NCBI GenBank assembly: GCA_043805415.1
Contig: JAZDHZ010000009.1
Span: forward strand, 13,973 to 77,972
From: Candidatus Omnitrophota bacterium
GTDB taxonomy: Bacteria; Omnitrophota; Gorgyraeia; B26-G9
Length of the DNA stretch: 64,000 nt
Direction of reading: 5' to 3'
The position numbers were made by a program, and so were the translations under genes. Below the pieces are notes generated by a model. It searched no databases, had not been told where the DNA came from, and saw only the letters and a list, made by a program, of their open reading frames with translations. Below, piece by piece: positions 51,204 to 60,722 of the stretch; the first letter of the stretch is position 1; every line of letters starts with the position of its first letter.

Positions 51204-52475
51204 ATGGATAGATTGATAACCTTATTACCCTTTATCAGTGTTTTATTCTTAGTTGTTTTTTGGATTTTTAGTCCGAATATGGGCTCGGCGCTATTAACGA
51301 TTACGATTCCTTTTGTAATTTTTGCTTTTTACACTAATCTTAAGCGAAAACAGTTAATGCTGGAGCTGAAGGAAACAGTTAGATCCTTTCAAGCCGAAAA
51401 AGAAGAAATTATAAAAGAAATTCAAAAAAAAGAAAAAAAACAAAGAGAGCAATCAGAAGAATTAAGAGAATTTGGTAAAAGCCTTTCTACGGCAATTAAT
51501 AAAGACCAGCTTTTACGGTTGATTGTAAAAAATTTCAGCAAAGTAACTGAAACTGTTGAAGGGGAAAGTCAGTGTTTTCTTTTAACCCGGCAACAAGGCA
51601 CAGAAGAGTTTATTTACGAAGCCGGGCATAATTTTGACAGTAATACCTTGAAATCAACCCGGTTTAGTGAAAATGATGAAATTATTCAGTCAGTGGTAAA
51701 AACTAAAAAAATTCACACTTTTATTAGTGATATTTTTGGGGGCGATTCAAATATAAGGTACTTTCTTAAGGAAGAGAGAACTACTTATCTTTCTCAATTG
51801 GGGTCTTTAGCGCTTATCCCGCTTATAATGGAAGAGGAAGTTTGGGGAATTATAGTAGTTTTTTGTCGAGAAGGTTCTGCTGCGCATATAAAAAATGATG
51901 AGTCGTTTTTTAGGCTTTTAGTCACACAAGCTTCTATTGCTTTAGGCAGTGCTATTCATCGTGATCTGGCTTCGGTAGATAAATTAACTCAATTATATAA
52001 TCGGACTTTTTTGCAAAAACGGATGAAAGAGGAAATTGAGTTTTGCAATCGACAACTTCTGCCTTTGAGTCTTATGATGCTTGATATTGACCATTTTAAA
52101 GTGATTAATGATACCTATGGCCATCAAGAAGGCGATATGGTTTTGAAAAAAATAGCGCAAATTATCAGTAAAAGTGTTAGATTAACTGATATCTGCGCGC
52201 GTTATGGCGGTGAAGAGTTTGTTATTGTCTTGCCTGGAATTGAAGAAATCGCGAATGATAAGTTTTCCATTGCCGAAAAATTACGTCAAGGGGTGGAAAA
52301 TTCTGATTTTGTTGTTCTCGGGGATAAACATATAAAAGTTACGATTAGTGTGGGAGTTACAGTTCGCAGATATCCTAGTGATAAAGATTTAGGAATGAAT
52401 GAACTTATCCAAAGAGCTGATCAACTGCTTTATAAAGCGAAAAAAGAAGGCAGAAATAGAGTTTGTTATGCTTAG
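51204..52475 (+). CDS. membrane-anchored GAF-GGDEF diguanylate cyclase with intact I-site
   Basis: Two N-terminal TM helices, coiled coil, GAF-like domain, GGDEF domain with active RYGGEEF and RxxD (RLTD) five residues upstream. Confidence 0.85.
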   Translation: MDRLITLLPFISVLFLVVFWIFSPNMGSALLTITIPFVIFAFYTNLKRKQLMLELKETVRSFQAEKEEIIKEIQKKEKKQREQSEELREFGKSLSTAINKDQLLRLIVKNFSKVTETVEGESQCFLLTRQQGTEEFIYEAGHNFDSNTLKSTRFSENDEIIQSVVKTKKIHTFISDIFGGDSNIRYFLKEERTTYLSQLGSLALIPLIMEEEVWGIIVVFCREGSAAHIKNDESFFRLLVTQASIALGSAIHRDLASVDKLTQLYNRTFLQKRMKEEIEFCNRQLLPLSLMMLDIDHFKVINDTYGHQEGDMVLKKIAQIISKSVRLTDICARYGGEEFVIVLPGIEEIANDKFSIAEKLRQGVENSDFVVLGDKHIKVTISVGVTVRRYPSDKDLGMNELIQRADQLLYKAKKEGRNRVCYA

Positions 52476-52512
52476 TTTAAAGTAAAACCATTTTGCTAAA
52501 AATAGGAGCACA

Positions 52513-54189
52513 ATGTTTCAAAAAAGTATTGATTCAATAGGACTGGAAATTGGCGATGGTTTAGTTAAGGCAATGCATATGCGTTCCTCGGCTAAAGAAA
52601 ACAAACTTCTGGGATATGAAGTTGTTGCCGTGAATTTTAGAGAAGGCCGCCAAGGTATTGTAAACGCGATGAATGATGTCTTGAGCCGTCTTTCGCTGAA
52701 CAAGAAAAAACATAAAGTTAATATCTCGGTTTCTGGTGAATCAGTCATGGTCAGGGATATTCATTGGCCGCAAATGGCTGATGAAGAGATCCGTAAAGCT
52801 TTAAAGTTTGAAGTAGAAAGACAGGTACATTATAAAACAGATGAAATTGTATTTGATTATTATTCTGTTTTAGACAAAACTATCGCGGAGACAAAAACAA
52901 GAGTAATTCTTGTCGCGGCTAAAAAAGATCTTATTGAAAACTATGTTAGTCTTATTGATTCAACTGGGTATCAATGCGGGTTTATCGAAGTAGATACATT
53001 TAGCTTGCTAAATTGTTTTTACGTGAATGGGCCTAAAGTTCCCGCGGAAAAAACAATAGCAATAATTAATATCGGAATGGAAGTTACGAATATTGATATA
53101 ATCCGCGGTAAGATTGTGGGCTTAACAAAAGATGCTTTTGTTGCTTGGAGTAATCTTATTGACGCGTTGCCCGCGGAGGTTGAGTTAGATTTTTCCGATG
53201 TAACTTCGCTTAAAGGTGTGATGGGCACAGATGATGTTTATGAGTTAAGCCTGTTTATTATGAATGCTCTTTCAAATCAGATAAGGCGGACGATTGAGTT
53301 CTATGAAAGCCAAGGCCGTGATACTGTTGAAGAAATCTACTTAAGCGGAAAAGTATCGATGTATAAGAATTTAGATAAATATTTAAAAAACATTTTGGGA
53401 TTACAGGTTAGTATCTGGGATCCGCTGGCTAATGTCCAATATGATCCCAAACAGTTCGCGGATAAGAAACTTAAAGACCAGGGTTTAATGCTTGCCGTTT
53501 GTACTGGGCTTGCCTGTCATCGATCGTTTAATATTAATCTGGCGTCTAGTAAAAAAGAAATTAAAAAGAACAAGGTGATGAAATTTGTTAACCAAAATAA
53601 AATCTTGTTTTATATCGCGGCAATTGTTATTTTAACCTTGATAGGAGTTTGGGTTATTTTAGTCAGTCAAGTAAAAATGAAAGAAGCAAATAAGCATAGG
53701 CTGATTGAACAGAACCAAAAGCTGGAAGGGATTTTGCGGGACATTGATTATTTGAAGCAAGGCAGAGTCACTTTGCAACAGCATATGTTGATCGCCAAGA
53801 CTTTGCTTTCCCGGAGAATTATCTGGGGTAAGAAGTTTTATCAAATAAGTGAAAATTTGCCGGAAGAAATGTGGCTGACAGAATTATATATAAAGGAAGA
53901 ATTAGCGACTAAGATAAAATCCCAGTTTGATTCAATAACTGATATTGGAAGTTTTAATGCCATGGGTAGTCAGGAAAAAGAGAATATCCAGATATTGATT
54001 ATAAAAGGAACCGCGTTTTCCAAAGCAAATGATAAAATGCTTAAAATGATAAATGATTTTATTAATGCCCTGAAGTATAATCAGGATTTCGCGAAGGACT
54101 TTTTATCCATAGAATTAAAACGCTCACAACGTGTTGATATCGGTGATCGAGCGATTATGAAATTTAGCATGGAATGTGTTTTAAAATAA
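52513..54189 (+). CDS. pilM: PilM-PilN fusion protein (actin-like PilM + TM helix + PilN periplasmic domain)
   Basis: N-terminal ~350 aa PilM actin/FtsA-like fold, internal TM helix (ILFYIAAIVILTLIGVWVILV), coiled coil and PilN-like C-terminal ~200 aa. Confidence 0.75.
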   Translation: MFQKSIDSIGLEIGDGLVKAMHMRSSAKENKLLGYEVVAVNFREGRQGIVNAMNDVLSRLSLNKKKHKVNISVSGESVMVRDIHWPQMADEEIRKALKFEVERQVHYKTDEIVFDYYSVLDKTIAETKTRVILVAAKKDLIENYVSLIDSTGYQCGFIEVDTFSLLNCFYVNGPKVPAEKTIAIINIGMEVTNIDIIRGKIVGLTKDAFVAWSNLIDALPAEVELDFSDVTSLKGVMGTDDVYELSLFIMNALSNQIRRTIEFYESQGRDTVEEIYLSGKVSMYKNLDKYLKNILGLQVSIWDPLANVQYDPKQFADKKLKDQGLMLAVCTGLACHRSFNINLASSKKEIKKNKVMKFVNQNKILFYIAAIVILTLIGVWVILVSQVKMKEANKHRLIEQNQKLEGILRDIDYLKQGRVTLQQHMLIAKTLLSRRIIWGKKFYQISENLPEEMWLTELYIKEELATKIKSQFDSITDIGSFNAMGSQEKENIQILIIKGTAFSKANDKMLKMINDFINALKYNQDFAKDFLSIELKRSQRVDIGDRAIMKFSMECVLK

Positions 54190-54198
54190 GGGAAAATA

Positions 54199-54792
54199 AT
54201 GAAAAAACAACTCGCTAAAAAAGATCAAATACTAATATCTGGAATTATTGGAATTTTCATAGTGGTTGTTCTGGTATTTGTCACAGTATTTCAGCCTTTA
54301 ATCGCGAAGATATTAGATTATAATAAGCAGGAAAAGCTGATTAATGAACAGCTTGCAAAAGTTGAAAGTATGTCTGCGGATAAAGAAAAACTATCGGTCG
54401 AGATAGAAAATATCGGCAAAAAAATTGAATATTTTGAAAAAAAATTGCCGCAACAGACCGATATTCCGGAAATACTTGAGGAGTTGATTAAAATCGGCGA
54501 AAAAAGCAATGTTACCTTTGTAATGATTGAGCCCCAGAATACCAAGCAAATAGCCGTGGGCGATTCTCAAGATAAAACTTATCTGGAAATTCCAATTGAA
54601 GTTAAGCTAAAAGCAGGGTTTCATCAGTTCGCGGAATTTGTTAATGGAGTAGAAAATTTTCAAAGATTCATGAAAGTAGATAATATAAAAATTACTTCAA
54701 AAGATGACAGTTCTGAGAAATTGCATGAGGCAAGTTTAACGGTCAGTGCTTTTGCGATAGAAAGAAATAAGGCTGATGAAAAAACTAATTAG
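54199..54792 (+). CDS. pilO: type IV pilus assembly protein PilO
   Basis: N-terminal TM helix, coiled coil, ferredoxin-like periplasmic domain; position after pilMN. Confidence 0.7.
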   Translation: MKKQLAKKDQILISGIIGIFIVVVLVFVTVFQPLIAKILDYNKQEKLINEQLAKVESMSADKEKLSVEIENIGKKIEYFEKKLPQQTDIPEILEELIKIGEKSNVTFVMIEPQNTKQIAVGDSQDKTYLEIPIEVKLKAGFHQFAEFVNGVENFQRFMKVDNIKITSKDDSSEKLHEASLTVSAFAIERNKADEKTN

Positions 54793-55219
54793 ATATAATT
54801 CAACATTTTTATTTTGGGCAATAATTATTTTAATAAATTCAATGCCGTGGAGCATTAATTATTTTGTTTTAACCGCACGTTGCGAGCAGTTAAATAAAGG
54901 GGAAGAAGAAACCGAAGTATTTGTTTACACCCGCGATGAACGACGGGATCCATTTGTTTCATTGATTGATAAAAGTGGAGATTATAGGGATAATGTGCCT
55001 AGTACAAAAGAAGAAATGATGGACTTGATTAAACTTATCAAGATTGGCGGAATTCTCTGGGATGAAGAAATGCCTTTGGCAATGATAAATAATGAGATTC
55101 ACAAAATTGGCGATATTATCAATAATCTAACAATTAAGCAAATTACCCCTGAATCAGTTACTTTTAGTTATTCTGATTTAACTCATACTATCACTATTAT
55201 TGAAAAGAAAAATTTTTGA
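54776..55219 (+). CDS. pilP: PilP-like small periplasmic protein
   Basis: 147 aa, signal/TM N-terminus, C-terminal beta-domain; position between pilO and pilQ. Confidence 0.5.
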   Translation: MKKLIRYNSTFLFWAIIILINSMPWSINYFVLTARCEQLNKGEEETEVFVYTRDERRDPFVSLIDKSGDYRDNVPSTKEEMMDLIKLIKIGGILWDEEMPLAMINNEIHKIGDIINNLTIKQITPESVTFSYSDLTHTITIIEKKNF

Positions 55220-56895
55220 ATGCCAAGGAGGAATTAATGGAATCTGAAAAACTAATCTCAAGGAAGAGAATTGCTAGAATATTATTTTTATCTGCCGCGA
55301 TTTGGATTTTGGCAAGTATTGATTTGGGGCAATTATCTTATGCTGAGCAAAGCGCTCAGCCTGAGTCGCGCAACCAAGGGACTATAGAAGAAGCGGAAAA
55401 TGATGGAAAGTTAATTTCTATAACCCTTAAAGAAACTGATATTAGAGAGGTTTTAAACATTCTCGCGTTTAAGGGCGGCGTTAATATCGTTGCCGGAGAT
55501 GATGTTGATTCAAAAATTTCCGTGCAGCTGAAAGATGTTCCTTGGGAACAGGCGCTTGATGTGATCCTTAAAACTTATAATTATACTTATAAACGTGAAG
55601 GAAATCTTATTCGGGTTATGAGTTTGGCTCGAGCGCTTGAAGAAGAAGGCAAGACCCCGCTTAAAACTAAAATAATACCGCTTAATTTTGCTGATGTTAG
55701 CGGGTTAAAAGACTCTCTGAATAAGATGCTGAGCAAAAGAGGAACAATGGAAATTGATAAGCGGACTAATTCCTTGATTATTACAGATATTCCTGAAATG
55801 GTTGATGCCATCGAAGAATCATCTATTCAGCTTGACACGCTGACTCCGCAGGTATTGATTGAGGCAATGATGGTTGATATTAAAATAACCGATGCTAATC
55901 AATGGGGATCATTGATGAATATAATTGATTTGAAATCTCCGAACAATACTAATAATTTAAGTAATGATTTAACCACAGCGTTTACAAATCTTTTCAACTT
56001 TAGCACTGTAACGGAAAACTTTGACATAACTGGTACGATAAATATGCTTGTTGAAGAAGGGATGGCTTCAATTCTTGCTAATCCCAAGGTGCTTACTCTT
56101 GATAATCAAGCAGCCATGATAGAAATAACAACAGAAATTCCTTATTCTGAATCTGTTGATTCCGGCGGCGCGGTTACTACCACTATTAAGTTTAAAGACG
56201 CGGGAATTAAATTATCGGTTACGCCGCATGTTACCAGCGGTAGATTTATTTCGATGAATGTAATGCCTGAGCAAAGTTTTCAATCTGGTTTTGCTGAAGG
56301 AACAACGCAGCCGATTATTGATAAACGCAAAGCGGAAACAAATCTCCTGGTTAAAGATGGACAAACAATTGTTATCGGCGGATTAAGGCAGACAACTGAT
56401 AATTTAACTCAGCAAAAGTTTCCTTTTTTAGGTGATATCCCGTTCATGGGGCTATTTTTTAGAAACAAAATCAGGACTAAAGTCGAGACGGAACTAGTTA
56501 TTTTTGTAACTCCGCATATCATTGAAACATCACTTTTAACTGATAGAGAAATTGGATTGTTTGAAAAGCTGGATAATACAGCACGTTTAGTGGTTGATGA
56601 GCGTTCTGAAATGCAAAGATTTAAAGAGTTTATGAAACTTTCTAAAAAAGCTGAGAAAATTGCTGATCAAGAAACCAAGCGGATGAGAGTTGAAAAAAAT
56701 TCAAAAGCTGAATCAATGATTTCTAGTTCTCAATATGACGCGCAATCAGCGGAGCCATTAATAACTCAGAAAAAAGAGCAGGAAGATACTTATCATCAAA
56801 AAGAGCAGGAAGATGCTTATCATCCGAATGATTCCTTGGACTATGAAGCCAATAAATTCAGAGAATCAATTAATCTGTTAAAAAATGAATATTAG
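55216..56895 (+). CDS. pilQ: type IV pilus secretin PilQ
   Basis: Secretin N-domains; conserved secretin C-domain (LANPKVLTLDNQAAMIEI…, IVIGGLRQ…FPFLGDIPFMGLFF…LVIFVTPHII); extra K/E-rich C-terminal tail with a 27-bp tandem duplication (KEQEDxYH x2). Confidence 0.9.
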   Translation: MNAKEELMESEKLISRKRIARILFLSAAIWILASIDLGQLSYAEQSAQPESRNQGTIEEAENDGKLISITLKETDIREVLNILAFKGGVNIVAGDDVDSKISVQLKDVPWEQALDVILKTYNYTYKREGNLIRVMSLARALEEEGKTPLKTKIIPLNFADVSGLKDSLNKMLSKRGTMEIDKRTNSLIITDIPEMVDAIEESSIQLDTLTPQVLIEAMMVDIKITDANQWGSLMNIIDLKSPNNTNNLSNDLTTAFTNLFNFSTVTENFDITGTINMLVEEGMASILANPKVLTLDNQAAMIEITTEIPYSESVDSGGAVTTTIKFKDAGIKLSVTPHVTSGRFISMNVMPEQSFQSGFAEGTTQPIIDKRKAETNLLVKDGQTIVIGGLRQTTDNLTQQKFPFLGDIPFMGLFFRNKIRTKVETELVIFVTPHIIETSLLTDREIGLFEKLDNTARLVVDERSEMQRFKEFMKLSKKAEKIADQETKRMRVEKNSKAESMISSSQYDAQSAEPLITQKKEQEDTYHQKEQEDAYHPNDSLDYEANKFRESINLLKNEY

Positions 56896-56946
56896 TAAAA
56901 CTAAACGTATATAATTCTGGAAACCTATCCAATTATGTCAGGGGGC

Positions 56947-56974
56947 TTGACAATCAGATATTTAAGAGTATAAT
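56947..56974 (+). promoter_or_regulatory. sigma-70 promoter of the rimP-nusA-infB operon
   Basis: TTGACA-16-TATAAT consensus hexamers. Confidence 0.55.
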
Positions 56975-57046
56975 AAAATAACTGCAATCAAGAGTTTTAG
57001 ACAATAAGTGGGAATTGTTTCCCGCTTTTTTTGTGGAGTAAAACAT

Positions 57047-57505
57047 ATGGAATTGGCTGAGAAACTAAAAAAGGTCGTAGAAGATATACTTAAAGATCAG
57101 CCAGGTGTTGAACTGGTGGATCTGACTAGCAGAGCTCAGGGCGGTAATCAGCTGATAACAGTGCTGGTGGATACGGAAAAAGGCATACTTTTAGACCAGT
57201 GCGTGAAAATTAATAAACTTATTGGGCAGCGGCTTGAAGAAAATGAGGTTTTTAAAACAAAATATAAAATTGAGGTTTGTTCTCCGGGGATGGATCGGGT
57301 GCTTAAGACAACTTCTGATTTTAAAAGGGTTTGCGGTAAAACTATAAGGCTGACAACCTTAGAGCCGATATTAAATGACCGTGTTGTAGTTGGGGTTCTT
57401 AATCAAGTTATTGATAATAAGATTGTAGTGGGAATCAGCCAAGATAATCAAGTAGAAATAAATCTAGATAATATTAAACAAGCGAGATTGGAAATTAGGT
57501 GGTAG
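57047..57505 (+). CDS. rimP: ribosome maturation factor RimP
   Basis: EVCSPGMDRVL matches RimP EVSSPGLDRPL motif; GGAG RBS. Confidence 0.8.
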   Translation: MELAEKLKKVVEDILKDQPGVELVDLTSRAQGGNQLITVLVDTEKGILLDQCVKINKLIGQRLEENEVFKTKYKIEVCSPGMDRVLKTTSDFKRVCGKTIRLTTLEPILNDRVVVGVLNQVIDNKIVVGISQDNQVEINLDNIKQARLEIRW

Positions 57506-57507
57506 CT

Positions 57508-58656
57508 ATGAGTAATGAGCTTTTATCAGTATTGGACTATATCGAAAGGGAAAAAGGTATTGACCGGGAAATTATTGTCAGTGCTATAGAATCGGCTTTG
57601 CTTTCTGCCGCGAAAAAACGCTATGGCGAAGACGCGGATTTAAAGGTTTCCATTGATTCAAAAACAGGCGATATTTCGGTTATGCATGATGGAGCGGATG
57701 TTAAATCCGGAGAATTTGGAAGAATTGCCGCTCAAACCGCTAGACAGATAATCACGCAAAAGATTCGCGAAGCAGAGCGGGAAGTAATTTTTCAAGACTA
57801 TCAGACAAAAGTTGGTGATATTACAAATGGGATTGTCCATAGATTTGAAAAAGGTAATATTATTGTAGACCTGGGTAAATCAGAAGGGGTCTTATCGTTC
57901 AAAGAGATTTTGCCTAAAGAAGAATTTAAGCAAGGCAATAGAGTCCGCGCGCTGATTGTTGATGTTAAAAAAACCAACAAAGGTCCGCAGATTGTCCTGT
58001 CCAGAACTAATGCTGGCTTTGTGAGCCGATTATTTGAATTAGAGGTGCCGGAGATATATGAGGGAATTGTTGAGATCAAAGCAATTGCCCGCCTGGCTGG
58101 AGAACGAACTAAAGTGGCAGTTTCCTCAAAAGATGAAAAAATTGATTGTGTGGGAGCTTGTGTGGGAGTCAGAGGCTCACGGATTAAAAATATAGTCCGG
58201 GAACTTCAGGGCGAAAAAGTAGATATTGTCCGCTGGAGCGAAGACATAAAAGAATATGTTAAAGCAGCGATTAGTCCGGCCAAGGTGGCTAATATTGAGC
58301 TCTATCCTGATGAGAGAAAAATGGATATTGAAGTTGATGATGACCAGCTTTCGCTGGCGATTGGAAAACGCGGCCAAAATGTAAGGCTGGCTTCTAAAAT
58401 AGTTAATTGGTCAATTAATATAAAAAATCAATCGCAAGTAGTAATAAATCAGGAAGAAGAAAAAACAGAAAAGCATGAATCAGTTTTAGATAAGATTTCC
58501 GGAATTGGCAAAAAAACTCTTGATGCGCTTGTGGAAGCTGGTTTTGATGATATTAATGTCTTAAATAAGTCAACCGCGGAAGATCTTACTAAAGTAAAAG
58601 GCGTGGGGAAAAAACGCGCTGAACAAATCATTGAAGAATTAAAAGATCTTACTTAA
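57508..58656 (+). CDS. nusA: transcription termination/antitermination factor NusA
   Basis: N-terminal domain, S1, KH1/KH2 and C-terminal HhH; synteny rimP-nusA-infB. Confidence 0.9.
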   Translation: MSNELLSVLDYIEREKGIDREIIVSAIESALLSAAKKRYGEDADLKVSIDSKTGDISVMHDGADVKSGEFGRIAAQTARQIITQKIREAEREVIFQDYQTKVGDITNGIVHRFEKGNIIVDLGKSEGVLSFKEILPKEEFKQGNRVRALIVDVKKTNKGPQIVLSRTNAGFVSRLFELEVPEIYEGIVEIKAIARLAGERTKVAVSSKDEKIDCVGACVGVRGSRIKNIVRELQGEKVDIVRWSEDIKEYVKAAISPAKVANIELYPDERKMDIEVDDDQLSLAIGKRGQNVRLASKIVNWSINIKNQSQVVINQEEEKTEKHESVLDKISGIGKKTLDALVEAGFDDINVLNKSTAEDLTKVKGVGKKRAEQIIEELKDLT

Positions 58657-58686
58657 TAAAATTCATCAACTTTAGAAAAGGATGTT

Positions 58687-60714
58687 ATGGGCGTAAGAGT
58701 ATACGAATTAGCAAAAGAATTTGGAATTAGCAGTAAGGATATGGTTCTGAAGCTTAAACAACTGCATGTCAGTGTTAAAGGGCATATGAGCGCTATTGAT
58801 GAAGATACTGCGGAGTTGGTTCGTCATGAATTTGCCCAAAACCATACTAAAAAAATAAAAGCCCCAAAAGATGAAATAAAAAAAGCTGTTAAAAAAGAAA
58901 TTGGAAAAGAAGTTAAAAAAGAAGCGGAAAGGGAAGTTAAAAAAGAAGAAAAACCAGTGATAAAAACAGTTACTGGGAAAATCCCGCTGAGTGTTAAAGA
59001 ACTTTCCGCCAAAATACAAATTAATCCAGCGGAGATAATTAAAAAGCTGATGAATTTAAAAATCATGGCAACAGTTAATCAAAGTTTGGATAAAGATGTC
59101 TTAGAGCTGATTTGTTTGGAATTTGGTTTTAATTTTGAAAAAGAGCTTAACGCGGAAGAAAAACTTTTGGTAAAACACACTCAAACTGATGATAAAGCTA
59201 CGCATTCAAGACCGGCAGTTGTAACTTTAATGGGTCATGTTGACCATGGCAAAACATCATTACTTGATGTGATAAGAAAGTCTAATCTTACGAATAAAGA
59301 ATCAGGTGGAATTACTCAGCATATCGGGGCTTATGAAGTTAGTCTTGAAAAAGGGAACATAACTTTTCTTGATACTCCCGGCCATCAGGCTTTTACTGCC
59401 ATGCGTGCTCGGGGGGCAAATATCACTGATATTGTAATTATCGTGGTGGCTGCTGACGATGGAATAATGCCGCAGACTATTGAAGCGATTAATCATGCTA
59501 AAGCCGCAAACGTACCGATAGTTGTGGCGATTAATAAAATGGATGTGCGGGGAGCTGATATTGATAATGTAAAACGTCAATTAGCCGAGATTGGTTTAAC
59601 GCCGGAAGATTGGGGCGGAAAGACTATGGCTATACCTGTTTCAGCAAAGGAAGGTACTGGAGTTGATTATTTGCTTGAAATGATAATTCTTGAGGCTGAG
59701 ATGCTGGAATTAAAAGCCAATAAAGAAGGCTTAGCGCGGGGCGCGATTATCGAAAGTAAGCTTTCAAAAGGCAGCGGTCCGACAGCGACTATTCTTGTGC
59801 AAAATGGAACATTAAGAATTGGCGATATCTTTGTTTGCGGTAATACTTTCGGCAAAGTGCGTTCTATGCTCAATGATCGTGGACAGCGGATTGAGCAAGC
59901 CGGACCTTCTGTGCCAGTGGAAATATCGGGTTTATCGCAGGTTCCTCAGGTAGGCGATGAGTTTTTTGCTGTTGAGGATGAAAAAAAAGCCAAAGAAATA
60001 TGTATGAACAAGCATGAAGCTTCCAGACGGGAAAGACTTATCCCGGCGCAAAGAGCGACATTGGAGCAGATTTTTGAGCAAGCGCAAACTGGTAAAATAA
60101 AAGAGCTGTTTTTAATAATAAAAGCTGATGTGCAGGGCTCATTAGAAGCATTGAGTACTTCTTTACAGGAATTATCCACTGATGATATCCGGGTTAGGAT
60201 TATTCATTCTCAGGTCGGAAATATAAATGAGTCGGATGTTATGCTGGCAATAGCGAGTAAAGCGATTATTCTTGGTTTTCATGTGGGTGTTGAGCTAAAG
60301 GCTAATGAAACTGCTGAAAAAAAAGGTGTGGATATCAGGTTGTATAGAATTATTTATGAAGCAATCAATGAAGTGCGTCTGAGCATGGAAGGTTTGCTTG
60401 CCCCAACAATAAAAGAAACTTTTCTTGGCAGGGCAAAAGTATTGCAGATTTTTAAGGTTTCAAAGGTGGGCAAGATTGCTGGTTCGATTGTGGTTAAAGG
60501 TAAGTTTATTCGCACCGCTGATCTAGTAAGGCTTTTTCGCGGCGAGCAATGTATTTTTGAAGGCAAATTAGATTCATTAAAACGATACAAAGATGATGTT
60601 AAAGAAGTTGGAGAAGGTCTTGAATGCGGAATAGCGATTGATAAATTCAGCTCAATTGAGCCGGATGATATCATTGAATGCTTCCGGATTGAAAAGATCG
60701 CTCGCAAATTGTAA
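58687..60714 (+). CDS. infB: translation initiation factor IF-2
   Basis: GTPase G-domain GHVDHGKTSLLD, DTPGH, NKMD; 675 aa short form. Confidence 0.95.
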   Translation: MGVRVYELAKEFGISSKDMVLKLKQLHVSVKGHMSAIDEDTAELVRHEFAQNHTKKIKAPKDEIKKAVKKEIGKEVKKEAEREVKKEEKPVIKTVTGKIPLSVKELSAKIQINPAEIIKKLMNLKIMATVNQSLDKDVLELICLEFGFNFEKELNAEEKLLVKHTQTDDKATHSRPAVVTLMGHVDHGKTSLLDVIRKSNLTNKESGGITQHIGAYEVSLEKGNITFLDTPGHQAFTAMRARGANITDIVIIVVAADDGIMPQTIEAINHAKAANVPIVVAINKMDVRGADIDNVKRQLAEIGLTPEDWGGKTMAIPVSAKEGTGVDYLLEMIILEAEMLELKANKEGLARGAIIESKLSKGSGPTATILVQNGTLRIGDIFVCGNTFGKVRSMLNDRGQRIEQAGPSVPVEISGLSQVPQVGDEFFAVEDEKKAKEICMNKHEASRRERLIPAQRATLEQIFEQAQTGKIKELFLIIKADVQGSLEALSTSLQELSTDDIRVRIIHSQVGNINESDVMLAIASKAIILGFHVGVELKANETAEKKGVDIRLYRIIYEAINEVRLSMEGLLAPTIKETFLGRAKVLQIFKVSKVGKIAGSIVVKGKFIRTADLVRLFRGEQCIFEGKLDSLKRYKDDVKEVGEGLECGIAIDKFSSIEPDDIIECFRIEKIARKL

Positions 60715-60722
60715 TTTAGCCA

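Noticed and set aside
50995-51216. 73-aa ORF upstream of the GGDEF gene
   Set aside because: It has no RBS, odd composition, overlaps the GGDEF start and lies in a promoter-like region (TTGACA-17-TGnTAAATT at ~50934). It is probably non-coding.
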